A stretch of 62,364 nt of DNA, the filler included, from Choristocarpus tenellus KU-1152 (taxonomy: Eukaryota; Protista; Phaeophyceae): NCBI GenBank assembly GCA_964200185.2. It is 10 parts of 10 records of this genome, joined end to end, with 100 filler letters (N's around TTAATTAATTAA, not from the genome) between each part and the next. Parts side by side here need not be neighbours in the genome. Positions count along the whole stretch, not along the records: positions 11,206 to 14,821 come from CAXNAD020018941.1; positions 14,922 to 21,197 come from CAXNAD020008503.1; positions 21,298 to 33,807 come from CAXNAD020001813.1; 7 more parts are not named here. One strand, 5' to 3'. Positions 13,610 through 25,499 of this stretch are shown one piece after another. The notes under the pieces were generated by a model, which did no database searches, was not told the origin of the DNA, and was given only the letters and a program-made list of their open reading frames with translations. The stretch's first letter is position 1. Each line of letters opens with the position of its first letter. The position numbers and the translations under genes are program-made.

Positions 13610-14640
13610 AAGCGGTATCAATGGCTTCGGGGTCTGTGGCAATCTTGCTTTTTTTATTGTTTTACCATGAGAGGTATGCAACACTGTACATATCAAATGA
13701 AACCTTATGCCAAGAGGGATTGAAGATATTTATGCAGGAGTGTACTACCTCCAGTGAACGGGAACTATACCCCGATCGAAGAATAGAAAAAACGCGGGGG
13801 AATAACTCGGGCGCAATTTTGATGATCACTACCTCAAAAGATACAAAATTAAGTGGTTGGCTGAATTCCCTGCAAAAACCTGGTCCGGGATAGGCCCCGT
13901 TCAATTCACGGTGCGTGTTGCCATACCAAAAAAGAAAGAAAGATTCTCGTACATATTTTTAACCCCTTTTGCAGACTTTCTATGAACACACACAATGGTG
14001 GCCCACACAGCAATATGGACCACAGCGGTGAGAAAAGGAGACCTGCCGAGGCCACTCTGCCTCCTCAATCTACCCTCAGCACCTTCTCTGTCGAGAGGCG
14101 ACAAAAAAAAAGTACTGTGTGACATTTGGTGCGATGTTAGGTGACGAGAAAGTGCGTGTAATGTGGCGCAGCAGATCAAATCGTGCAATGGACCACGCAG
14201 TCGTGACACTGACGCTGCGAGAAGATGCATGGAAGGCATTACCACACGAACGTGGTTGGATCTTCAACCACATCGGAGCACTGCTCTGCAGTCTCTGCCG
14301 CCTTGGGAAAGCAGGAAGAGAGCAGCGAGTCCATCACCAGGGGTGGTATAGTGACAAAGTCAGTGAGGAAGCCTGGTCACGGCAGGTGAAGGGAGAAGCA
14401 GAGTGGTCGGCCGAAGGGAAGGTTGGGGAGGAGAGCAGTGCGACTGCGTACCATTGCGCTCAGGAAACGCCTAAGCAAGAACCCTGGAGTATAAAATCTT
14501 AGTCGTCGACAGATGCACCAGGCCCTAGCTGCTTGGAAGCTATGTGAGCCAGAGTGGCTTAGGAAACGACAAACACGGTGTTGGGGTTGGGCTACAAGGG
14601 CTCTGAATCCCGAAAGAAGGTAACTCATTTCCGGCGCTCA
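13610..14640 (+). mobile_element. Putative DNA-transposon left end (second copy about 43390-43892) followed by a decayed ORF with a WIF..LLCSLCR zinc-finger-like start
   Basis: About 500 bp align by eye with 43390-43892 (for example TCTACCCT..GCACCTTCTCTGTCGAGAGGCGAC). The downstream CxxC resembles transposase N-terminal Zn fingers; the family is unresolved. Confidence 0.45.
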
Positions 14641-15040
14641 ATGAGGAAATGTGATGGTAAAGGGTCTAACACTGTGAATTCTGTACCTGTGTATGAACGA
14701 CAGGAAAGACCTCCAAACGGCGGTTGAGGTGGCAGAAGGATATGCGATGGTGAGGTCGGAAACTGAGTAAATGGGAGAGAGATTTACTAAGGGCCACATC
14801 TGTTACAGGCGCCCTTCAATGNNNNNNNNNNNNNNNNNNNNNNNNNNNNNNNNNNNNNNNNNNNNTTAATTAATTAANNNNNNNNNNNNNNNNNNNNNNN
14901 NNNNNNNNNNNNNNNNNNNNNCTCAACCTACTCAACATAACTCACTAAAAAAAAAACAAAAGAGACTACAATTCCTCCGCTGGGTTGTTGGGTGTGGGGG
15001 GGGGGGGGGGGGGGGGGAACAGGGTGCAACTGCCCCCCAC

Positions 15041-16779
15041 CTGTTGCAACGGTGAGTTCTCCTTAGCTGACTTGGCAACACTGTCCTTTACCCGTATGGC
15101 TGACGCTATGGCCTGCTTGTTGGTGGGGTCGAGCTGGAGGCGCGCAGAGGTTTTGTGGCATTGGAAGAGGTCACAAAAAGGTCACAATGTGACTTGGAGG
15201 CATGGCTTAGTGATCGGGGAAGACTGTGAAAAAGGTTGAACAGAATGGAAAAGGGTCTGCTCAACGCACCCAAATTGGGCAGGGTTAAGGTTAGTTTTGT
15301 GGGGTTTGGGTTTCATCACAATGGAGCTCCATGCATGGGCCTAGAAAGGAAAGCATACTGTAACGGCAATAGAAGTGTTCAATTCGCTGTTCAAGCATTG
15401 CAGTCTATTGTGGCAACACTCATACGTGACCACATGCTATGCTTACTGTAGATGAGGAAAGTGTGTGCCTTTGTCTGAAGCAACTGCTCTTATCACAAAC
15501 TCGTGACACGTACTTCGTGTTCACGGTAGCTCTGCATAGCCTAAGCTGCACACAAGCACTTGAATGTAATGAAAGTGTTGTCGAAAAGTGCTGTCAAAAG
15601 TCTACGAAAAAGCTTGCGTTCTGTACCAAATCTTATTCTAAACAGCCCATTGCACACCTTAAGCGCCTTCTTGAGGTCTTTAAGAGCTTCAACATTCTCT
15701 CCCATGGACTCTCTAGCCATGGCTCGTCGATAAAGAGCTTTCACTCGACCGGGGTCCAGTGCCAGGGCAGCAGTACAATCATCACAACACTCAGTCGCCT
15801 GCGAGAGGAAGAAGTAGTCAAAGGGACATAGTGCGTAGGGGAGTGGACTAAAGTTTAAGGACCACTACCGGTTATTATCATGCACATAAAGTACCACGAA
15901 GAATATATGCATCCGTGCATAATAAGCGAATGCAAAGATAGTGAGGCATGGACCAGAGAATCAATAGCATACCCTAAGCCCCCCACTGAGCTATACCTCC
16001 AGCCGTGCTATTGAAACTAGTTGCATAAGCGGCAGTACATGCTGCCCTAGCATCACTTTTACGTGTATATGTTGAGCAGGCCTTGACCTAAAGCAATGAT
16101 AATTGAGGAAAAACAGCTAGGGACGCGAGTCCGTGAACATGCTACATAGAAGTCACGTCCACTTCACGACCCTTCACAATCTCATTCATCTTCGATTTCG
16201 ACGATTCGTCTCTAAATACTGTCCAATGAAAGATGTGCACCTCGCCACGCTTCAGGTAAACAAGTGCCCGGTTGGTGAGTATCGTGATTCGAAGGTTGAG
16301 ATCTTCGGATGCTCCTCCACCCTCGGGTAACTGGTCTGCAGCTGACAGGGCCTTTGTGTAGCACTGCGAATGAGGATTTCGAAAACCACATTGGTAAAGG
16401 TCTGCAGCTGATGGGTAGGTTCACAAGAATACAGTTGAGCTTCATTGCTAAGAAGAAAACCAATATCGACGACCTGCAAAGCTTGCTCGATGTCTATAGC
16501 TTACACAGGAAAAGACCACGTACTTGATGTCATATGGCTGCTTTTTACGCTGCAATAGAAATATAAGTGTGGATGGTGGTGTGTGCAAGGATCTCGGCTT
16601 TCTATTGGACAGGCAGGATACCAATATCGAAGGTAGGGTTCAGGGTGTAGTCGTACCAGAAGTGCCATCTCCAGTTCCCCCCTCCCCATGGCCACATTTC
16701 CCTCTTGCTTGAGCGCCGCAGCATCAGGAGATGCATCTTTTGCTGTGGATAACTGCGGATCCCTGAATTCTGTCGCCAT
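15041..16779 (-). CDS. TPR-domain Hsp90/Hsp70 co-chaperone-type protein (UNC-45-like N-terminus possible), exons 16779-16657, 16363-16241, 15798-15658, 15133-15041; 3' end missing
   Basis: Phase-0 exons give three TPRs with carboxylate-clamp residues: LKQEGN..ALLCYTKAL, ILTNRALVYLK, DCTAALALDPGRVKALYRRAMA..ALKDLKKALKLDPTNK. Confidence 0.88.
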
Positions 16780-17231
16780 ACCCCCTTCCCGTTGACTATA
16801 CCCAAACCACAACGTATACGATGATGTCGTTGTTGTGTGTGAGATGTAGTTCACAGAAGAAAGATGGACCACAAGACACAAGCCATCGAAGGTTGATTCA
16901 AACGTTACTATATTAATTAGACCGCATTTCTTGCACGTCATGGTTCCAAAACATTCATCCAGCCTAGGTATAGACACGTTTCTTCATGAGGTGCGCTATA
17001 TTCACCCATGAAGAAGCACAAAGCACAAACTAGTAGTGTGGAAAGGTAACAGTGGAAAAATGCTGACGAAAAAGGGATGGGATATGGAAAATAGAGCAAC
17101 TATTTTCGAAACGACACATTGTAGATGTTAATCGACTCTTTGCCCAATCTCCTTTTGACCGATTGGAAGAACGAAGGTTAACTACACAACATTCGACGCT
17201 GACAAGCTTTCCGTTGTACGAGTCGACGACC

Positions 17232-20200
17232 ATGGAGAGTATTCACTCAGCAGCAGCAAGTGGAGATGTGTGGGCTCTCCAGTGCCTCATTGCCAAGATT
17301 GATTCCAACCATGCATCAAGGATAGAAAAGGTGTTGCGAGAGCAGCAACGACAACGCGAAGAGGCCGGGTTGGTGGAAGTTCATGAACAGAGGGCAGGGA
17401 CTAACAAGAAGGGTCGTAGTCGGTCGAAATCGTCGGGGAAACCCCCGCATCAATTGAGAAAGCTTCTTCAGAGGAAGGACTCCAAACGCCGAACACCGTT
17501 GTACCTCGCTTGCGCTGCAGGTGCTTTGGGGAGTTGGCAGCACCCCCTAGTTCTGCTTGCACTAGGGCGGAGTTAAATGAAGTGCGTAGAGCATAAAAAT
17601 TATGCCCAATTGTTTCATTTTGAACGCGGACACCTATGCACAAAAAAGGGGGAGGAGGGGCACCGATTTGCAACCTTGTATTGGTTTGTCTCACTTGCAA
17701 CGAATTTCCTGGCATGGCAACAGTTCCATATTCACTGTTGTTATGCTGCAGTAACCACAATCTTTCCGGGAGTATTTCGAATGAATCCAGTTGTAGCCCA
17801 CATATCATTTGTCGTACCCATGTGCTCATATGTGCACATGCTCCCATCTCCTCAACAAGGGAACTGACAACAAAGTGTGTCCATAGATTAACGTACACAC
17901 CTGCGTTGGACAGCAGGTGCGTGTTCTGCCGCAGTAATTACCAGCAAAATATCTATCCGTTACTATGGTACTTGCTATTATTTCTCCCCTTTCGCTGCGG
18001 CATTTTTCCCTCTCGTTATTGCATTAGCTTATTCCACATATCGCAAGATATCTTCTCCAATATTGCGACCTTTGTTGGAGAAGAAAGTAATCGATATTCT
18101 TCTGATCACTGCATATCTTCCACTTGAACATGAGAAGCCCATTCCACCCTGGTGACTGCTGATCAGTAGGTACGCGCTTGCTGAGTACAGTTCAGAGGCA
18201 TTCTACCTTCCAGGGGGGTCTCACTAACAGTATTATGGCCCCTGTAACTGTCTCGTAGTACACATGATTCTAGCACTCTAGACGGCGATTTTGCGCTTTT
18301 CTGATGAATGAATTCCTGTATCCTCTTCTACAGTTTCACAATTTTCAAAAGGAAGTTAGCTGCATTTCAGGCAAGGGAATGGGATGTAAGGCAGAAGGTT
18401 TAAACACCGCAAATACTCAAAACAACCATAATCAGACCCCCACCCAGGATATGATGCCTCTCAACCATATCTGGGTCAGTGTGACAGTGGACTTCCGAAT
18501 ACTGTACACCTATATCAGCACCTAGTCTATTGTAACATTTTCTTATCGAGCTCTTCTTACACCCACTACGATCATAATCAGAACCCAGCCTATTTCAGAT
18601 ATTAGGGATCTACCTATCTCATGGAGAACACTGATAATTGGAGTCTCCGCACATCCCCCCCCTTTGGGTTGGCACTTTGTCATATGAAATACATAGGAAT
18701 CCATTCTGTTTCTGCATCACCGACACATGCCGTATTCTATCAGCCAGTTGCCCTGTCAAAGCTCCATTCCCTTACTAGATATTTGAGGCAACTAGGAACA
18801 AGTAATAGTGTTGTTCTCACTTCAATAACCCTAGCCCTTTTACTCCAGCAATATCTAGGCAGATGGAACAATGGACTGTACTTCCAGTTGTGGTTCTGCT
18901 CCTGACTTCTGTCTCAAACGTTTCGTGTCTTTATTCCACTTCCCCTCAGGGAATCATGATGCTGTCCGGGTGTTGATTGCTGCTGGTGCCTCGCTTGGGG
19001 AGCACGGACCATGGCAGGCCACCCCCCTACATATTGCTGCCTTCGAAAACAATCTCGATATTGTAAGGACGCTCGTTGGGGCTGGAGCAGACCCAGAGGC
19101 AAAGAATGCAAGAGGGGAAACCCCAGCACGGTGAACGCTAAGCTGTATTACAACATACACCTTTGACAAACATGCATTGTATTCTTGATGATTATAAGAA
19201 AATACTGAGGAGTAGAAGAAGAAGAAGAAGAAGAATATTCCTGCTTGACCTTTGGGTTGATATTCCCGTTGTTGCCTACTGGCACGGCATCTTGATCCAA
19301 AGCATTTAAGAGGGTAGGGCTGCGTCCATTCGGGGTAATAAATTTGGTGTTGCGATTTTGATGAAATATATCTATCGTTTTTGTTGGCAAGAGTTAGTAT
19401 ACTCGCTCCGGACACACTTTTCATGGTCGGATACGTTTTAGGCAGCTGTTCACTCAGAAAACCGAAAAGGGGCATAAATAAACAATGGGAAGCCGAGCCC
19501 CAAACGGACAAACAGATCGAAACCCCTACCCTCTTAAATGCTTTGACTCTCTTCCCTTGACAATTTGAGATTAATTCTTGTGTCCCAGGCACATCCTAGA
19601 AGAATGTTGATGTTGAAGTAATATATTATTGTTATCTCATTTTCCCACACGGCTACCACGCCTGCAATAGTCTCTCTCAAGTAGGATTGGATTGCTTGGT
19701 CAAGATTGAAAGTGAGCAAGGTGGGGCATGACCTCCACTACTCTCAGACTCCTAGATCTTACCATCCATATGAAAAGTCCAGAACCAAGTGCCCAATCCC
19801 AGAAAATTCCCTCTTTCTGGAATATTCTTCTGAAACATTCTTGTTCTACGGAGTTTCTACTTTTTCCATCGTGTATCTCATTTAACCCTTTGTTGTCATA
19901 GCATTTCGACTTGTCTTGTTAACAGCTACACAAAGACATCAAAATCTCGAGTGTCCCTGGCAAGGGGTGTAGAACACTCAACATTAACGCCTTGATTTTG
20001 AACGTCTGTTTAGGACAACAATGGTAAATCAGAGGGATGTTTCTGGGGCATCCCAAAATGCCCCAGAAACAAAAGTGTTTGCCTACTCGGAGTATTTTAT
20101 GCATCTTTGCTTGCCCAGCAACCCTCCTGTGTTCTCATACACGGAGTCTTTGCCTCTAGCCTCTCTTCTTCTCAAACGGAAATGTCCATCACACTACCCC

Positions 20201-20734
20201 CTAACCTTAACATCGTATAGGTGTGCCTCATTGCGCTAACTAGATCAATGTAAAGGTTATACTCAGAAATCAACAGGTTAGAGAGGGAGGACGATATAAA
20301 AAAATATACATTCTCACACATCAACGAAGTTGCTGATGCAATGCACTAGCTCATCAGCCGGATGCATACTCACTCTGCAACAAACTCCCCGCCTGCCTGA
20401 ACTTGTAACCAGTATCTCTTTTTTTCATGTTTACATCGTGGGATCCATCCATCTCTTCCTAGTTTATTATTGTTCTTATTAATTTCTCTCCTTTACTAAT
20501 ACTACCATTATTATATATATATATTATTATTATTATTATTATTATCATCATCATCATCATCAATATTGTTCCACCACGATCGTTCGCGGTAATATATTAT
20601 CATCTAAAAAAAAAAATGTGACGGCTGACACGGCCATCTCTCTGTCGTCAGGTTAAATTCGACCTACAGCGGTGGACACCTCGACGTTCAAGAATCTCTC
20701 CAGGAGGCTGTGCAAGTGCGAGCTGCTCTCTCCG
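17232..20734 (+). CDS. Ankyrin-repeat protein, exons 17232-17520, 18950-19130, 20652-about 20734; 3' end missing
   Basis: SIHSAAASGD, RTPLYLACAAGNHDAVRVLIAAGA, TPLHIAAFENNLDIVRTLVGAGAD, GETPAR..GHLDV; splice phases compatible. Confidence 0.85.
19294..19549. mobile_element. Sola2-like MITE in the ankyrin gene intron
   Basis: TIR GATCCAAAGCATTTAAGAGGGTAGG...CCTACCCTCTTAAATGCTTTGACTC; TSD TCTT. Confidence 0.85.
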
Positions 20735-21112
20735 GCAAGTGCATAGTCACGCCATGTAGTGCCACGGGGCAACAACAGTTGCAAATAACCAACTGGAGAC
20801 CGAAATATCCTAGGGAGCAGAGTCGAAGCATTTTTAAAAGGGTAGGGCATCCTCGTCCATCCGGGTCGTAAATCAAAAATGTTGCGATTTTGACGTAATT
20901 TTGGGCTATATGTCGTGTTTGTTAGCAAGTGTCAATATCCTCGCTCTGGACGCACGTTTCATAGTCGTATACGTTTTTAGGCAAAACTGTGTTCACACAA
21001 AAACAGAAGAAAAAAAAAAACGAAAAAAGGGCATTAAAAAACCCCCGTAAGAAGTCAACTAACCCGAACGGACAAGCAGGGCAAATCTGCTACCCTCTTG
21101 TTCAAAGTATCT

Positions 21113-21149
<37 letters not shown>

Positions 21150-21410
21150 GTTTTGGGGGGTTTTTTTTTTTTTTTTGTTTTTTTTTGGTGTTTTGTTNNN
21201 NNNNNNNNNNNNNNNNNNNNNNNNNNNNNNNNNNNNNNNNNTTAATTAATTAANNNNNNNNNNNNNNNNNNNNNNNNNNNNNNNNNNNNNNNNNNNNTAA
21301 TGAGAGTGCACTTTTCCTGGTTATGCCCCAAATAGACACCCTGGTGTAGACCCCCCTCCCCCCCCAGATACTTTCTTTCCCTGCACATACGAACAATATG
21401 TCTTCTACAA

Positions 21411-21631
21411 GAGTCAAGGTATCTTAGAGGGTAGAGCCACGTCCGTTTGTGGGACAAAATCCAATGTTCCGATTTTGATGTAATTTTGGCTATCGTGTTT
21501 ATTAGGAAGTGTAAATATCCTTGTTCCTGACACACGTTTTCATAAGGTAAAATGTCATAAATAACGCGTGGGAAGCTAAGTTCCAAATGGACAAACAGGG
21601 CAAACTCGTACCCTCTAAGATACTTCCACTC
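21411..21631. mobile_element. Sola2-like MITE, internally deleted
   Basis: Same TIRs; flanks ACAA/ACCA (one mismatch). Confidence 0.75.
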
Positions 21632-22511
21632 ACCAACATGCTCCCTTGAGATGTGACCTATTGCGTATCTTGTTCATCCCAATGATAAGTGAAAATGTGA
21701 CATTTCCTACGATTTCCATATTATTACCTAGTTCCGTACAGGAAGAATAAGAAATGGTCAAAGGGTTATCTTATGTCATGTTTTTGGTGATGACTTTACT
21801 TCAGATTAATCAACAATACAAGCATTACTTCCTATACGTTCTTGTAGTAGAAGTTACTTGTTCGCATACAGTACATAGCAAGTAAGGTCTGTATTGATTA
21901 TATTTCAAAGTCATCCCATACCTCGTTTCCATTCCCACATATATGTAAACAGGAAAATTCACCCCATATATTTCCCACACGTTTTCCAAGTAAAAGGAGC
22001 ACTTGAACCAGCTTGTATGGAAGCATTATATAACACCTTGTTCTTATTCATACAAAGTTCATTAAGGGTTCTTGTTCTGTCGTATGCAATCGAGTGATTT
22101 CCTCAGCAACCGTATCAGAGGAGGTCAACATCACTGGACTTCGTTCGTCAAGGGACACCAGGAGCATATCCCTTATAGGAGGATCGAACTCGTCTGTGGC
22201 TATCCCTGTCCGCTGTACCTAACCTGACACACCGAGCATGCAGAAGGAATAAGCACAACAGGACTTCCTTCATGAAATGACACAAGGTGCGTATACCTTT
22301 CCAGAAAGATGTAACCCGACCGCGACCAGAAATGCTTTCTGGACCTAAACTCGATGCACAAAACATTTTCTCTCTCCTTCTACTGGTTTCCCCTGTCCGA
22401 TTTGCAACGTGCCCACTAACAAACAAGATAGTCAAAATTGCATCAAGATCACACCATTGGATTTTGGACCCCAAATGGACGCGACTCTATCCTCTAAGAT
22501 ACTTTGGCTCT

Positions 22512-23345
22512 GGCCTTTATTTATTTGCATTCGAACTTTGTACAAACCAGCTGTCAATAGTGGTCCCAACAACGTTACAACTCAATGCTCTGCATTTTTT
22601 CACATTGAGACCGTGTACAAACCAGCTCTCAAGAGTGGCCCCACCAACGTTACTACTCAAAGCTCTGTATTTATTTGCATTCGAACTTTGTACAAACCAG
22701 CTCTCAACAGTGGTCCCACCAATGTTACTACACAATGCTCTGTGCTTATTCGCATTGAAACTGTTTTCAAACCAGTAGTTAATAGCAGTCCCACCCTCGT
22801 TACTATACAATGCTCTGTATTTGAGTCAAAGTATCTTTGATGGTAGACCGCGTCCATTTGGGGGTCAAAATCCAATGTTGCAATTTTGATGCAATTCTGG
22901 CTATCATGTTTGTTAGGAAGTGTCAGTATCCTTGTTGGAGAGACACGTTTTCAAAATGTATACATTTTACCTACTACTCCGAAACATTTTGGAGTAGGAA
23001 AATGCCATATAAAAACCACTGGAAGCCAAGCCCAAAATGGACAAACAGCACAAACCTCGTACCCTCTAAGATACTTTCACTCATTTATTTATTTTATTGA
23101 AACCGTACACAAACCAGCTGTCAATAGTGGTCCCACCAAGGTTGCTACACAATGCTCTGTATTTGTTCGCGTTGTAATCGTGTACAAACCAGCAGTGAAC
23201 AGTTGTTCCTTCATCAAAACTAACGCTCTATATTTTATTTGTATATTGAAACTATTTACAAACCAGCCGTCTATAGTGGTCACGCCATCGTCACTACATA
23301 ATACTCCGTTTTTTTAACCGTTCGCAAACCGGCTTTCAACAGCAG
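22512..23345 (+). repeat. 75-bp tandem array (about 8 degenerate units) interrupted by a MITE
   Basis: TACAAACCAG-type motif at 22541, 22616, 22691, 22766, resuming at about 23108, 23183 and 23257. Confidence 0.9.
22823..23082. mobile_element. Sola2-like MITE inserted in the 75-bp array
   Basis: GAGTCAAAGTATC...GATACTTTCACTC; TSD ATTT. Confidence 0.85.
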
Positions 23346-23690
23346 TCCCACTGTCGCTTACCTCACATGCGTATTCCCTTCGACTAACCCCAAAACTAAT
23401 CGGACGTCGAACTCCCATTGGCATTTGTGGCGATTTACAACCGTGTTGTCCCTTCATTCTCTTGCCAGACCACCGTCCACACCATATATTGTCTATAGTA
23501 AACCATCCAAAGCATCCATCCGACCCTAACCCCCTGCACAAGGGCCAGCAATGTAATCTCCGATGTCAATGCTCACGATCCTTACCCGCCAATCCCACAA
23601 TATGCAGTACCTGTCCTACAAACACGTAAACCCATCCTGGCAAAGACAAACATTTCGCCGTATCTATAAAACGCCAACATATTTGTAATG

Positions 23691-23845
23691 AATAGCCGAT
23701 TTCAATAATTGAGGATGGAGCTTTTCATTGAGGATGGGCTTGACCCAAAATTGACTGGGATAGAGTGTCGATTACGTTTTTTTCATATAAAGTCAAGCCC
23801 ATCCTCAATGAAAAGGTCCATCCTCAATTTTTTTAATCGGCTATT
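23691..23845. mobile_element. 155-bp hairpin MITE with TIRs of about 54 bp
   Basis: AATAGCCGAT..TGAGGATGG..CATTGAGGATGGGCTTGAC and its near-perfect reverse complement; AATG flanks both sides. Confidence 0.8.
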
Positions 23846-24147
23846 AATGCAACAGCTATCGTAACTGTTTATTCGATTAAATCCAACTCAAGTTAATCAA
23901 GATTCGAACATGGGGTACAGTATCAAATCTGGAGGCTACTCTCAAAACTGATCCGAAATAGATAAAGGATTCAACGAACCTAGTCCACGTACGACAAAAA
24001 TCGTTGTATCGAATGCTATGTAATGACTCTTTCAATACATACATCGAAAGCCTCCAATACACTTGCCCCTTTCCCGATAACGTTCGTGACCCACCGCAAC
24101 GCAAGCCTGATTACGTCTATAGTTGCGACTACGACGCACACGCAAAT

Positions 24148-25055
24148 CTGTTGAAAACCGCGGTTGCCATACTTTTGAAATTGATATATTTTGCCCTCCA
24201 ACAAAACATATCAAATTACTCCGTCGTTCCTGATTTCCCTATGTGTTTCAAATTAGTGCAATTCATGCTTTCCGTGCGCATTTGAAATTAGTGCGTTCCT
24301 GTATTCCCTATTCATTTCAAATCAGTACACTCTGTTAAAAACGACGGTTGCCGTGCTGTTGAGATTGATATCTTTTGCCGACTGACAACAGATTATAACT
24401 AGTGCCTTTCCTGCTTTCCCTATCTAACCCAAATTGGTGCGTTCATGCCTTCCCTGCGCATTTGAAATTAGTGCATTGCCGCCTTCCCTATGCATTCCAA
24501 ATTGATACTCTATTGAAAACCACGGTTGCCATACTTTTGAAATTGATATATTTTGCCCTCCAACAAAACATATCAAATTACTCCGTTCCTGATTTCCCTA
24601 TGCATTTCAAATTAGTGCATTTGTGCTTTCCCTGCGCATTTGAAATTAGTGTATTCCTACATTCCCTATGCGTTCCAAATTGGTACACACTATTGTAAAC
24701 TAAGGTTGCCATACCCTTGGGATTGATGTCTTTTGCCATCGGACAAAGTGTATCAGATTACTGCATTCATATTTCCCCTATGCCTAACCCAAGTTAGTGC
24801 GTTCATGCCTTCCCTGCGAATTTGAAATTAGTGCGTTCCTACATTCCCTATGCATTCCAAAATGGTACACACTATTGCAAACCACGGTTGCTATACTTTT
24901 GAGATTGGTATCTTCTGCTGTCGGACAAAATATGTCAAATTACTGCATTCCTGCTTCCTCTATGCCAAACCCAAATTGGTGCAATCATGCTCTCCCTGCG
25001 CATTTGAAATTAGTACGTTCTTGTATCCCCTGCGCTTTTCAAATTGGTACGTTTT
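24148..25055. repeat. Satellite: five units of about 180 bp, each made of five subunits of about 36 bp
   Basis: (C/A)GGTTGC at 24161, 24345, 24523, 24703, 24885; an AAATT(A/G)GT-like motif recurs about every 36 bp. Confidence 0.88.
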
Positions 25056-25499
25056 GCCATTGGCCACATGTTGCCAACTCGCAGTCTCCACAGAAAACTC
25101 TAGACCCTCTTCATGGAAACAAAAAGGCCTCACTTATACGACCTAGCTTTTGCAGTGTCCACACATGAAAACGAACCTCATACACGCTATCGATCCTGTA
25201 ATCATCGATCACATGCTCTGTCCCTGTTACTGCAACACTCTCCGCCTTGTCGCACCAAACAATACCCTTTGCTACCCTCACTTAACAAATGTACCCGTCC
25301 CTGCATGCATCTCGTTTTTTTTGGTTGCTACCGTTTCTCGCCCCCCAACCCCCACCCCACCCCCCTCTAAAACCACAGACAAACAGCCAGGAGTGCCAAC
25401 AACTCTGGTGGGAAGGAGATACTAGAGTTGATCAGGATAACCCTCAGTGTGACCCATATCATGGACCTTGCCACCTTGACATTCGTGTCACAAGATTAT

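Noticed and set aside
214-16779. Joining the TPR exons to the TTC12-like 3' exons as one gene
   Set aside because: Different contigs with no linking evidence; the TPR start looks more like a generic co-chaperone or UNC-45 N-terminus.
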